A stretch of 64,000 nt of DNA from Nemertoderma westbladi (taxonomy: Eukaryota; Animalia; Xenacoelomorpha), in assembly GCA_032718475.1 (NCBI GenBank), contig JAUCBJ010003079.1, positions 1 to 64,000 on the forward strand, written 5' to 3'. The notes below the pieces were generated by a model that was given only the letters and a program-made list of their open reading frames with translations, did not search any database and was not told where the DNA came from. How positions within the stretch are numbered: position 1 is the stretch's first letter; every line of letters begins with the position of its first letter. Below are positions 13,201 to 27,589 of the stretch, in pieces. The position numbers and the translations under genes are program-made.

Positions 13201-15424
13201 AATGTTGTGACAGCCACAAACAATTGTCGCAATGTTGTAACAGCCACAAACAATTGTCGTAATGTTGTGACAGCCACAAACAATTGTCCGAATGTTGTGA
13301 CAGCCACAAACAATTGTCGTAATGTTGTGACAGCCAAACAATGGTAGTAATGTTGTGACAGCCACAAGCAATTGTCGCAATATTGTGACAGCCACAAACA
13401 ATTGTCGCAATATTATGACAGCCACAAATAATTGTCGCAATGTTGTGACAGCTACAAACAATTTTCGTAATGTTGAGACAGCCACAAACAATTGTCGCAA
13501 TGTTGTGACAGCTACAAACAATTTTCGTAATGTTGAGACAGCCACAAACAATTGTCGCAATGTTGTGACAGCTACAAACAATTTTCGTAATGTTTTGAAA
13601 GCCACAAACAATTGTCGTAATGTTGTGACAGCCACAAACAATTGTCGTAATGTTGTGACAGCCACAAACAATTGTCGTAATATTGTGACAGCTACAAACA
13701 ATTGTCGTAATGTTGTGACAGCAATAAACAATTGTCTCAATATTGTGACAGCCACAAACAATTGTCGCAATATTGTGACAGCCACAAAAAATTGTCGTAA
13801 TGTTGTGACAGTCACGAACAATTGTCGCAATATTGTGACAGCCACAAACAATTGTAGGAATATTGTAACAGCTACAAAAATTGTCGTAATGTTGGGACTG
13901 CCACAAACAATTGTCCGAATGTTGTGACAGCCACAAACAATTGTCGCAATGTTGTAACAGCCACAAACAATTGTCGTAATGTTGTGACAGCCACAAACAA
14001 TTGTCCGAATGTTGTGACAGCCACAAACAATTGTCGTAATGTTGTGACAGCCACAAACAATGGTAGTAATGTTGTGACAGCCACAAGCAATTGTCGCAAT
14101 ATTGTGACAGCCACAAACAATTGTCGCAATATTATGACAGCCACAAATAATTGTCGCAATGTTGTGACAGCTACAAACAATTTTCGTAATGTTGAGACAG
14201 CCACAAACAATTGTCGCAATGTTGTGACAGCTACAAACAATTTTCGTAATGTTTTGAAAGCCACAAACAATTGTCGTAATGTTGTGACAGCCACAAACAA
14301 TTGTCGTAATGTTATGACAGCCACAAACAATTGTCTCAATATTGTGACAGCCACAAACAATTGTCGCAATATTGTGACAGCCACAAAAAATTGTCGTAAT
14401 GTTGTGACAGTCACAAACAATTGTCGCAATATTGTGACAGCCACAAACAATTGTAGCAATATTGTGACAACCACAAACAATTGTCGTAATGTTGTGACGG
14501 CCACAAACAATTGTCCGAATGTTGTGACAGCCACAAACAATTGTCGTAATGTTGCGACAGTCGCAAACAATTGTCGTAATATTGTGACAGCCACAAAAAA
14601 TTGTCGTAACGTTGTGACGGCCACAAACAATTGTCCGAATGTTGTGACAGCCACAAACAATTGTCGTAATGTTGCGACAGCCACAAACAATTGTCGCAAT
14701 ATTCTGACAGCCACAATCAATTGTCACAATGTTGTGACAGCCACAAACAATTGTCGCAATGTTGTGACAACCACAAACAATTGTAGCAATATTGTGACAG
14801 CCTCAAACAATTGACGCAATGTAATGACAGCCACAAAGAATTGTCGTAATATTGTGACAGCTACAAACAATTGTCGTAATATTGTGACAGCCACAATCAA
14901 TTGTCACAATGTTGTGACAGCCACAAACAATTGTCGTAATGTTGCGACAGCCACAAACAATTGTCGTAATATTGTGACAGCTACAAACAATTGTCGTAAT
15001 ATTGTGACAGCTACAAACAATTGTCGTAATATTGTGACAGCCACAAAAATTGCAGGAATGTTGTAACAGCCACAAACAATTGCCGTAATATTGTGACAGC
15101 TACAAACAATTGTCGTAATATTGTGACATCTACAAACAATTGTCGTAATATTGTGACAGCCACAATCAATTGTCACAATGTTGTGACAGCCACAAACAAT
15201 TGTCGTAATGTTGCGACAGCCACAAACAATTGTCGTAATATTGTGACAGCTACAAACAATTGTCGTAATATTGTGACAGATACAAACAATTGTCGTAATA
15301 TTGTGACAGCCACAAAAATTGCAGGAATGTTGTAACAGCCACAAACAATTGCCGTAATATTAGAATTAATCTTCAAATAAACTTTTAAATTTATCATCAA
15401 AATAATATAAGTGTGTAAATTTAC

Positions 15425-15553
15425 CTCTTTATCAGCGGTGAGGTCATCGAGCAGATCAACATCGCTTATGCAGATCGGTTGCTTATCAGGAGCAGCAGAG
15501 CCTCCCAATATCAACGGAATATTATCCGTTATGTCGTCAATTTCTTCGTTAAA
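15425..15553 (-). CDS. Cassette 5 putative 129-bp exon
   Basis: Same signals; shares the GGA variant with cassette 3. Confidence 0.45.
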
Positions 15554-18110
15554 CTAGAAAAAATATAGATACATTGGATTGTGTTAATAAACAATGCTTG
15601 CAGGTTTGCAAAAAGTAACTCTTGCAAACCTCTTACCATGGTAGTTTCACACACAAAATCTCACAGCTAAAACTAACTGTGTTGGGACACTAACAAAATT
15701 TTCCGAATATTGTGACAGCCACAATCAATTGTAGTAATTTTGTGACAGCCACAAACAATTGTCTGAATGTTGTGACAGCCACAAACATTTGTCGCAATGT
15801 TGGGACTGCCACAAACAATTGTCCGAATGTTGTGACAGCCACAAACAATTGTCGCAATGTTGTAACAGCCACAAACAATTGTCGTAATGTTGTGACAGCC
15901 ACAAACAATTGTCCGAATGTTGTGACAGCCACAAACAATTGTCGTAATGTTGTGACAGCCACAAACAATTGTAGTAATGTTGTGACAGCCACAAGCAATT
16001 GTCGCAATATTGTGACAGCCACAAACAATTGTCGCAATATTATGACAGCTACAAATAATTGTCGTAATGTTGTGACAGTCACAAACAATTGCCAGAATGT
16101 TATGACAGCCACAAACAATAGTCGTAGTTTTGTGATACGCACAAACAATGGAGAAATTCTGTATCAGCCACGAACAACTGCTGTGTTGCAGTATGCCGTG
16201 CAACCGGGACAGCTACAAACAATTATCGTAATGTTGAGACAGCCACAAACAATTGTCGCAATGTTGTGACAGCTACAAACAATTTTCGTAATGTTGAGAC
16301 AGCCACAAACAATTGTCGCAATGTTGTGACAGCTACAAACAATTTTCGTAATGTTTTGAAAGCCACAAACAATTGTCGTAATGTTGTGACAGCCACAAAC
16401 AATTGTCGTAATGTTGTGACAGCCACAAACAATTGTCGTAATATTGTGACAGCTACAAACAATTGTCGTAATGTTGTGACAGCAATAAACAATTGTCTCA
16501 ATATTGTGACAGCCACAAACAATTGTCGCAATATTGTGACAGCCACAAAAAATTGTCGTAATGTTGTGACAGTCACGAACAATTGTCGCAATATTGTGAC
16601 AGCCACAAACAATTGTAGGAATATTGTAACAGCTACAAAAATTGTCGTAATGTTGTGACAGTCACAAAAAATTTCAGAATGTTGTAACAGTTGCAAACAA
16701 ATGCCGGAATGTTGTGACAGCCACAAACAAATGTTGTAGTTTTGTGATACGCACAAACAATGGAGGAATTCTACATCAGCCACAAAGAACTGCAGTGTAG
16801 CAGTCTGCCGTGCAACCGGGACAGCTACAAACAATTGTCGGAATGTTGATACAGCCACAAACAATTGTCGCAGTATTGTGACAGCTACAAACAATTGTCG
16901 TAATGTTGTGACAGCCGCGTACAATTGCCGGAATGTTGTGACAGCCACAAAAAAATTGTCGAAATGTTGTTACAGCCACAACAAATTGTCGCAATATTGT
17001 GACAGCCACAAACAATTATCGCTAGGTTGTGACAGCCACAAACAATTGTCGTAATGTTGTGACAGCCACAAACAATTGTCGTAATATTGTGACAGCCGCA
17101 AACAATGGTCGAAATGTTGTGATAGCCACAACAAATTGTCGCAATGTTGTGACAGCCACAAACAATTGTCGCAAGGTTGTGACAGCCACAAACAATTATC
17201 GCAAGGTTGTGACAGCCACAAACAATTGTCGTAATGTTGTGACAGCCACAAACAATTGTCGTAATATTGTGACAGCCGCAAACAATTGTCAGAATATTGT
17301 GACAGCAGAAAACAATTTTCGTAACGTTGTGACAGCCACACACAATTGTCGTAATATTGTAACAGCCGCAAACAATTGTCGGAATGTTGTGACAGCCACA
17401 AACAATTGTCGTAATGGTGTGACAGCCACAAATAATAGTCGTATTGTTGTGATAGCTACAAACAATTTCCGGAATGTTGTGACAGCCGCAAACAATTGCC
17501 GGATTGTTGTGACAGCCGCAAACAATTGTCGGAATATTGTGACAGCAGAAAACAATTTTCGTAACGTTGTGACAGCCACACACAATTGTCGTAATATTGT
17601 AACAGCCGCAAACAATTGTCGGAATGTTGTGACAGCCACAAACAATTGTCCTAATGTTGCGACAGCCACAAACAATTGTCGTAATATTGTGACAGCCACA
17701 AAAAATTTTCGGAATATTGTGACAGCCACAAACAATTGTCGCAATGTTGTGACAACCACAAACAATTGTAGCAATATTGTGACAGCCACAAACAATTGAC
17801 GCAATGTAATGACAGCCACAAAGAATTGTCGTAATATTGTGACAGCTACAAACAATTGTCGTAATATTGTGACAGCCACAATCAATTGTCACAATGTTGT
17901 GACAGCCACAAACAATTGTCGTAATATTGTGACAGCTACAAACAATTGTCGTAATATTGTGACTGCCACAATCAATTGTCACAATATTGTGACAGCCACA
18001 AAAATTGCAGGAATGTTGTAACAGCCACAAACAATTGCCGTAATATTAGAATTAATCTTCAAATAAACTTTTAAATTTATCATCAAAATAATATAAGTGT
18101 GTAAATTTAC

Positions 18111-18238
18111 CTCTATATCAGCGGTGAGGTCATCGAGCAGATCAAGATTGCCTATGCAGATCGGTTGCTTATCAGAGCAGAAGAGCCACCCAATATCAAC
18201 GGAATATTATCCGTTATGTCGTCAATTTCTTCGTTAAA
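18111..18238 (-). pseudogene. Cassette 6, 128 bp (1-bp deletion, frameshifted)
   Basis: ATCAGAGCAG instead of ATCAGGAGCAG at ~18175. Otherwise like cassette 8, so this could be a consensus error. Confidence 0.45.
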
Positions 18239-21200
18239 CTAGAAAAAATATAGATACATTGGATTGTGTTAATAAACAATGCTTGCAGGTTTGCAAAAAG
18301 TAACTCTTGCAAACCTCTTACCATGGTAGTTTCACACACAAAATCTTACAGCTAAAACTAACTGTGTTGGGACACTAACAAAATTTTCCGAATATTGGAC
18401 AGCCACAATCAATTGTAGTAATTTTGTAACAGCCACAAACAATTGTCTGAATGTTGTGACAGCCACAAACATTTGTCGCAATGTTGGGACTGCCACAAAC
18501 AATTGTCCGAATGTTGTGACAGCCACAAACAATTGTCGCAATGTTGTAACAGTCACAAACAATTGTCGTAATGTTGTGACAGCCACAAACAATTGTCCGA
18601 ATGTTGTGACAGCCACAAACAATTGTCGTAATGTTGTGACAGCCAAACAATGGTAGTAATGTTGTGACAGCCACAAGCAATTGTCGCAATATTGTGACAG
18701 CCACAAACAATTGTCGCAATATTATGACAGCCACAAATAATTGTCGCAATGTTGTGACAGCTACAAACAATTTTCGTAATGTTGAGACAGCCACAAACAA
18801 TTGTCGCAATGTTGTGACAGCTACAAACAATTTTCGTAATGTTTTGAAAGCCACAAACAATTGTCGTAATGTTGTGACAGCCACAAACAATTGTCGTAAT
18901 GTTGTGACAGCCACAAACAATTGTCGTAATATTGTGACAGCTACAAACAATTGTCGTAATGTTGTGACAGCAATAAACAATTGTCTCAATATTGTGACAG
19001 CCACAAACAATTGTCGCAATATTGTGACAGCCACAAAAAATTGTCGTAATGTTGTGACAGTCACGAACAATTGTCGCAATATTGTGACAGCCACAAACAA
19101 TTGTAGGAATATTGTAACAGCTACAAAAATTGTCGTAATGTTGGGACTGCCACAAACAATTGTCCGAATGTTGTGACAGCCACAAACAATTGTCGCAATG
19201 TTGTAACAGCCACAAACAATTGTCGTAATGTTGTGACAGCCACAAACAATTGTCCGAATGTTGTGACAGCCACAAACAATTGTCGTAATGTTGTGACAGC
19301 CAAACAATGGTAGTAATGTTGTGACAGCCACAAGCAATTGTCGCAATATTGTGACAGCCACAAACAATTGTCGCAATATTATGACAGCCACAAATAATTG
19401 TCGCAATGTTGTGACAGCTACAAACAATTTTCGTAATGTTGAGACAGCCACAAACAATTGTCGCAATGTTGTGACAGCTACAAACAATTTTCGTAATGTT
19501 GAGACAGCCACAAACAATTGTCGCAATGTTGTGACAGCTACAAACAATTTTCGTAATGTTTTGAAAGCCACAAACAATTGTCGTAATGTTGTGACAGCCA
19601 CAAACAATTGTCGTAATGTTGTGACAGCCACAAACAATTGTCGTAATATTGTGACAGCTACAAACAATTGTCGTAATGTTGTGACAGCAATAAACAATTG
19701 TCTCAATATTGTGACAGCCACAAACAATTGTCGCAATATTGTGACAGCCACAAAAAATTGTCGTAATGTTGTGACAGTCACGAACAATTGTCGCAATATT
19801 GTGACAGCCACAAACAATTGTAGGAATATTGTAACAGCTACAAAAATTGTCGTAATGTTGGGACTGCCACAAACAATTGTCCGAATGTTGTGACAGCCAC
19901 AAACAATTGTCGCAATGTTGTAACAGCCACAAACAATTGTCGTAATGTTGTGACAGCCACAAACAATTGTCCGAATGTTGTGACAGCCACAAACAATTGT
20001 CGTAATGTTGTGACAGCCACAAACAATGGTAGTAATGTTGTGACAGCCACAAGCAATTGTCGCAATATTGTGACAGCCACAAACAATTGTCGCAATATTA
20101 TGACAGCCACAAATAATTGTCGCAATGTTGTGACAGCTACAAACAATTTTCGTAATGTTGAGACAGCCACAAACAATTGTCGCAATGTTGTAACAGCCAC
20201 AAACAATTGTCGTAATGTTGTGACAGCCACAAACAATTGTCCGAATGTTGTGACAGCCACAAACAATTGTCGTAATGTTGTGACAGCCACAAACAATTGT
20301 AGTAATGTTGTGACAGCCACAAGCAATTGTCGCAATATTGTGACAGCCACAAACAATTGTCGCAATATTATGACAGATACAAATAATTGTCGTAATGTTG
20401 TGACAGTCACAAACAATTGCCAGAATGTTATGACAGCCACAAACAATAGTCGTAGTTTTGTGATACGCACAAACAATGGAGAAATTCTTTATCAGCCACG
20501 AACAACTGCTGTGTTGCAGTATGCCGTGCAACCGGGACAGCTACAAACAATTTTCGTAATGTTGAGACAGCCACACACAATTGTCGCAATGTTGTGACAG
20601 CTACAAACAATTTTCGTAATGTTGAGACAGCCACAAACAATTGTCGCAATGTTGTGACAGCTACAAACAATTTTCGTAATGTTTTGAAAGCCACAAACAA
20701 TTGTCGTAATGTTGTGACAGCCACAAACAATTGTCGTAATGTTGTGACAGCCACAAACAATTGTCGTAATATTGTGACAGCTACAAACAATTGTCGTAAT
20801 GTTGTGACAGCAATAAACAATTGTCTCAATATTGTGACAGCCACAAACAATTGTCGCAATATTGTGACAGCCACAAAAAATTGTCGTAATGTTGTGACAG
20901 TCACGAACAATTGTCGCAATATTGTGACAGCCACAAACAATTGTAGGAATATTGTAACAGCTACAAAAATTGTCGTAATGTTGGGACTGCCACAAACAAT
21001 TGTCCGAATGTTGTGACAGCCACAAACAATTGTCGCAATGTTGTAACAGCCACAAACAATTGTCGTAATGTTGTGACAGCCACAAACAATTGTCCGAATG
21101 TTGTGACAGCCACAAACAATTGTCGTAATGTTGTGACAGCCAAACAATGGTAGTAATGTTGTGACAGCCACAAGCAATTGTCGCAATATTGTGACAGCCA

Positions 21201-23231
21201 CAAACAATTGTCGCAATATTATGACAGCCACAAATAATTGTCGCAATGTTGTGACAGCTACAAACAATTTTCGTAATGTTGAGACAGCCACAAACAATTG
21301 TCGCAATGTTGTGACAGCTACAAACAATTTTCGTAATGTTGAGACAGCCACAAACAATTGTCGCAATGTTGTGACAGCTACAAACAATTTTCGTAATGTT
21401 TTGAAAGCCACAAACAATTGTCGTAATGTTGTGACAGCCACAAACAATTGTCGTAATGTTGTGACAGCCACAAACAATTGTCGTAATATTGTGACAGCTA
21501 CAAACAATTGTCGTAATGTTGTGACAGCAATAAACAATTGTCTCAATATTGTGACAGCCACAAACAATTGTCGCAATATTGTGACAGCCACAAAAAATTG
21601 TCGTAATGTTGTGACAGTCACGAACAATTGTCGCAATATTGTGACAGCCACAAACAATTGTAGGAATATTGTAACAGCTACAAAAATTGTCGTAATGTTG
21701 GGACTGCCACAAACAATTGTCCGAATGTTGTGACAGCCACAAACAATTGTCGCAATGTTGTAACAGCCACAAACAATTGTCGTAATGTTGTGACAGCCAC
21801 AAACAATTGTCCGAATGTTGTGACAGCCACAAACAATTGTCGTAATGTTGTGACAGCCACAAACAATGGTAGTAATGTTGTGACAGCCACAAGCAATTGT
21901 CGCAATATTGTGACAGCCACAAACAATTGTCGCAATATTATGACAGCCACAAATAATTGTCGCAATGTTGTGACAGCTACAAACAATTTTCGTAATGTTG
22001 AGACAGCCACAAACAATTGTCGCAATGTTGTGACAGCTACAAACAATTTTCGTAATGTTTTGAAAGCCACAAACAATTGTCGTAATGTTGTGACAGCCAC
22101 AAACAATTGTCGTAATGTTATGACAGCCACAAACAATTGTCTCAATATTGTGACAGCCACAAACAATTGTCGCAATATTGTGACAGCCACAAAAAATTGT
22201 CGTAATGTTGTGACAGTCACAAACAATTGTCGCAATATTGTGACAGCCACAAACAATTGTAGCAATATTGTGACAACCACAAACAATTGTCGTAATGTTG
22301 TGACGGCCACAAACAATTGTCCGAATGTTGTGACAGCCACAAACAATTGTCGTAATGTTGCGACAGTCTGCAAACAATTGTCGTAATATTGTGACAGCCA
22401 CAAAAAATTGTCGTAACGTTGTGACGGCCACAAACAATTGTCCGAATGTTGTGACAGCCACAAACAATTGTCGTAATGTTGCGACAGCCACAAACAATTG
22501 TCGCAATATTCTGACAGCCACAATCAATTGTCACAATGTTGTGACAGCCACAAACAATTGTCGCAATGTTGTGACAACCACAAACAATTGTAGCAATATT
22601 GTGACAGCCTCAAACAATTGACGCAATGTAATGACAGCCACAAAGAATTGTCGTAATATTGTGACAGCTACAAACAATTGTCGTAATATTGTGACAGCCA
22701 CAATCAATTGTCACAATGTTGTGACAGCCACAAACAATTGTCGTAATGTTGCGACAGCCACAAACAATTGTCGTAATATTGTGACAGCTACAAACAATTG
22801 TCGTAATATTGTGACAGCTACAAACAATTGTCGTAATATTGTGACAGCCACAAAAATTGCAGGAATGTTGTAACAGCCACAAACAATTGCCGTAATATTG
22901 TGACAGCTACAAACAATTGTCGTAATATTGTGACATCTACAAACAATTGTCGTAATATTGTGACAGCCACAATCAATTGTCACAATGTTGTGACAGCCAC
23001 AAACAATTGTCGTAATGTTGCGACAGCCACAAACAATTGTCGTAATATTGTGACAGCTACAAACAATTGTCGTAATATTGTGACAGATACAAACAATTGT
23101 CGTAATATTGTGACAGCCACAAAAATTGCAGGAATGTTGTAACAGCCACAAACAATTGCCGTAATATTAGAATTAATCTTCAAATAAACTTTTAAATTTA
23201 TCATCAAAATAATATAAGTGTGTAAATTTAC

Positions 23232-23360
23232 CTCTTTATCAGCGGTGAGGTCATCGAGCAGATCAACATCGCTTATGCAGATCGGTTGCTTATCAGGAGC
23301 AGCAGAGCCTCCCAATATCAACGGAATATTATCCGTTATGTCGTCAATTTCTTCGTTAAA
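23232..23360 (-). CDS. Cassette 7 putative 129-bp exon
   Basis: Same signals; duplicate of cassette 5 at offset 7807. Confidence 0.45.
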
Positions 23361-25633
23361 CTAGAAAAAATATAGATACATTGGATTGTGTTAATAAACA
23401 ATGCTTGCAGGTTTGCAAAAAGTAACTCTTGCAAACCTCTTACCATGGTAGTTTCACACACAAAATCTCACAGCTAAAACTAACTGTGTTGGGACACTAA
23501 CAAAATTTTCCGAATATTGTGACAGCCACAATCAATTGTAGTAATTTTGTGACAGCCACAAACAATTGTCTGAATGTTGTGACAGCCACAAACATTTGTC
23601 GCAATGTTGGGACTGCCACAAACAATTGTCCGAATGTTGTGACAGCCACAAACAATTGTCGCAATGTTGTAACAGCCACAAACAATTGTCGTAATGTTGT
23701 GACAGCCACAAACAATTGTCCGAATGTTGTGACAGCCACAAACAATTGTCGTAATGTTGTGACAGCCACAAACAATTGTAGTAATGTTGTGACAGCTACA
23801 AACAATTTTCGTAATGTTGAGACAGCCACAAACAATTGTCGCAATGTTGTGACAGCTACAAACAATTTTCGTAATGTTTTGAAAGCCACAAACAATTGTC
23901 GTAATGTTGTGACAGCCACAAACAATTGTCGTAATGTTGTGACAGCCACAAACAATTGTCGTAATATTGTGACAGCTACAAACAATTGTCGTAATGTTGT
24001 GACAGCAATAAACAATTGTCTCAATATTGTGACAGCCACAAACAATTGTCGCAATATTGTGACAGCCACAAAAAATTGTCGTAATGTTGTGACAGTCACG
24101 AACAATTGTCGCAATATTGTGACAGCCACAAACAATTGTAGGAATATTGTAACAGCTACAAAAATTGTCGTAATGTTGTGACAGTCACAAAAAATTTCAG
24201 AATGTTGTAACAGTTGCAAACAAATGCCGGAATGTTGTGACAGCCACAAACAAATGTTGTAGTTTTGTGATACGCACAAACAATGGAGGAATTCTACATC
24301 AGCCACAAAGAACTGCAGTGTAGCAGTCTGCCGTGCAACCGGGACAGCTACAAACAATTGTCGGAATGTTGATACAGCCACAAACAATTGTCGCAGTATT
24401 GTGACAGCTACAAACAATTGTCGTAATGTTGTGACAGCCGCGTACAATTGCCGGAATGTTGTGACAGCCACAAAAAAATTGTCGAAATGTTGTTACAGCC
24501 ACAACAAATTGTCGCAATATTGTGACAGCCACAAACAATTATCGCTAGGTTGTGACAGCCACAAACAATTGTCGTAATGTTGTGACAGCCACAAACAATT
24601 GTCGTAATATTGTGACAGCCGCAAACAATGGTCGAAATGTTGTGATAGCCACAACAAATTGTCGCAATGTTGTGACAGCCACAAACAATTGTCGCAAGGT
24701 TGTGACAGCCACAAACAATTATCGCAAGGTTGTGACAGCCACAAACAATTGTCGTAATGTTGTGACAGCCACAAACAATTGTCGTAATATTGTGACAGCC
24801 GCAAACAATTGTCAGAATATTGTGACAGCAGAAAACAATTTTCGTAACGTTGTGACAGCCACACACAATTGTCGTAATATTGTAACAGCCGCAAACAATT
24901 GTCGGAATGTTGTGACAGCCACAAACAATTGTCGTAATGGTGTGACAGCCACAAATAATAGTCGTATTGTTGTGATAGCTACAAACAATTTCCGGAATGT
25001 TGTGACAGCCGCAAACAATTGCCGGATTGTTGTGACAGCCGCAAACAATTGTCGGAATATTGTGACAGCAGAAAACAATTTTCGTAACGTTGTGACAGCC
25101 ACACACAATTGTCGTAATATTGTAACAGCCGCAAACAATTGTCGGAATGTTGTGACAGCCACAAACAATTGTCCTAATGTTGCGACAGCCACAAACAATT
25201 GTCGTAATATTGTGACAGCCACAAAAAATTTTCGGAATATTGTGACAGCCACAAACAATTGTCGCAATGTTGTGACAACCACAAACAATTGTAGCAATAT
25301 TGTGACAGCCACAAACAATTGACGCAATGTAATGACAGCCACAAAGAATTGTCGTAATATTGTGACAGCTACAAACAATTGTCGTAATATTGTGACAGCC
25401 ACAATCAATTGTCACAATGTTGTGACAGCCACAAACAATTGTCGTAATATTGTGACAGCTACAAACAATTGTCGTAATATTGTGACTGCCACAATCAATT
25501 GTCACAATATTGTGACAGCCACAAAAATTGCAGGAATGTTGTAACAGCCACAAACAATTGCCGTAATATTAGAATTAATCTTCAAATAAACTTTTAAATT
25601 TATCATCAAAATAATATAAGTGTGTAAATTTAC

Positions 25634-25762
25634 CTCTATATCAGCGGTGAGGTCATCGAGCAGATCAAGATTGCCTATGCAGATCGGTTGCTTATCAGGA
25701 GCAGAAGAGCCACCCAATATCAACGGAATATTATCCGTTATGTCGTCAATTTCTTCGTTAAA
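25634..25762 (-). CDS. Cassette 8 putative 129-bp exon (variant ...GGSSAPDKQPICIGNLDLLDDLTADIE)
   Basis: Same signals, open frame, several amino-acid changes. Confidence 0.45.
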
Positions 25763-27460
25763 CTAGAAAAAATATAGATACATTGGATTGTGTTAATAAA
25801 CAATGCTTGCAGGTTTGCAAAAAGTAACTCTTGCAAACCTCTTACCATGGTAGTTTCACACACAAAATCTTACAGCTAAAACTAACTGTGTTGGGACACT
25901 AACAAAATTTTCCGAATATTGGACAGCCACAATCAATTGTAGTAATTTTGTAACAGCCACAAACAATTGTCTGAATGTTGTGACAGCCACAAACATTTGT
26001 CGCAATGTTGGGACTGCCACAAACAATTGTCCGAATGTTGTGACAGCCACAAACAATTGTCGCAATGTTGTAACAGTCACAAACAATTGTCGTAATGTTG
26101 TGACAGCCACAAACAATTGTCCGAATGTTGTGACAGCCACAAACAATTGTCGTAATGTTGTGACAGCCAAAAACAATTGTCGCAATATTATGACAACCAC
26201 AAAAAATATCGTAATGTTGTGACAGTCACAAACAATTGTCGCAAGGTTGTGACAGCCACAAACAATTGTCGTAATGTTGTGACAGCCACAAACAATCGTC
26301 CGAATGTTGTGACAGCCACAAACATTTGTCGCAATGTTGTGACAGCCACAAACAATTGTCGCAATGTTGTAACAGTCACAAACAATTGTCGTAATGTTGT
26401 GACAGCCACAAACAATTGTCCGAATGTTGTGACAGCCACAAACAATTGTCGTAATGTTGTGACAGCCAAAAACAATTGTCGCAATATTATGACAGCCACA
26501 AAAAATATCGTAATGTCGTGACAGTCACAAACAATTGTCGCAAGGTTGTGACAGCCACAAACAATTGTCGTAATGTTGTGACAGCCACAAACAATTGTCG
26601 CAATGTTGTTACAGCCACAAACAATTGTCGTAATGTTGTGACAGCAACAAAGAATTGTCGTAATGTTGTGACAGCTACAAACAATTGTCGCAATATTGTG
26701 ACAGCCACAAACAATTGTACGAATGTTGTGACAGCTACAAACAATTGTCGTAATGTTGTGACAACTACAAACAATTTTCGTAATGTTGTGATAGCTACAA
26801 ACAATTTCCGGAATGTTGTGACAGCTACAAACAATTTTCGTAATGTTGTGATAGCTACAAACAATTTTCGTAATGTTGTGATAGCTACAAACAATTGTCG
26901 TAATGTTGTGACAGCCACAAACAATTGTCGCAATGTTGTTACAGCCACAAACAATTGTCGTAATGTTGTGACAGCAACAAACAATTGTCGTAATGTTGTT
27001 ACAGCTACAAACAATTGTCGCAATGTTGTGACAGCCACAAACAATTGTAGTAATTTTGTGACAGCCACAAACAATAGTAGTAATTTTGTGACAGCCACAA
27101 ACAATTATTGTCGTAATGTTGTGAAAGCAAAAAACAATTATCGCAATCTTGTGACAGCTACAAACAATTGTAGTAATGTTGTGACAGCCACAAACAATTA
27201 TTGTCGTAATGTTGTGACAGCCACAAACAATTATTGTCGTAATGTTGTGACAGACACAAACAATTATTGTCGTAATGTTGTGACATTCACAAACAATTAT
27301 TGTCGTAATGTTGTGACAGCCACAAACTAATACCAAAATGTTGTGGCAGCTGCTAACAATTGCAATAATTTTGTGACTGACATACACAAACAATGCCACA
27401 ATTAATCATCAACTAAATATTTAAATTTATCATCAAAATAATATAAGTATGTAAATTTAC

Positions 27461-27589
27461 CTCCTTATCAGCGGTGGGTTCATCGAGCTGATCAAGATCG
27501 CTTGTGCAGATCAGTTGCTTATCAGGAGCAGCAGAGCCACCCAATATCAACGGAATATTATCCGTTATGTCGTCAATTTCTTCGTTAAA
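27461..27589 (-). CDS. Cassette 9 putative 129-bp exon (variant ...QLICTSDLDQLDEPTADKE)
   Basis: Same signals, open frame; second type of flanking sequence. Confidence 0.45.
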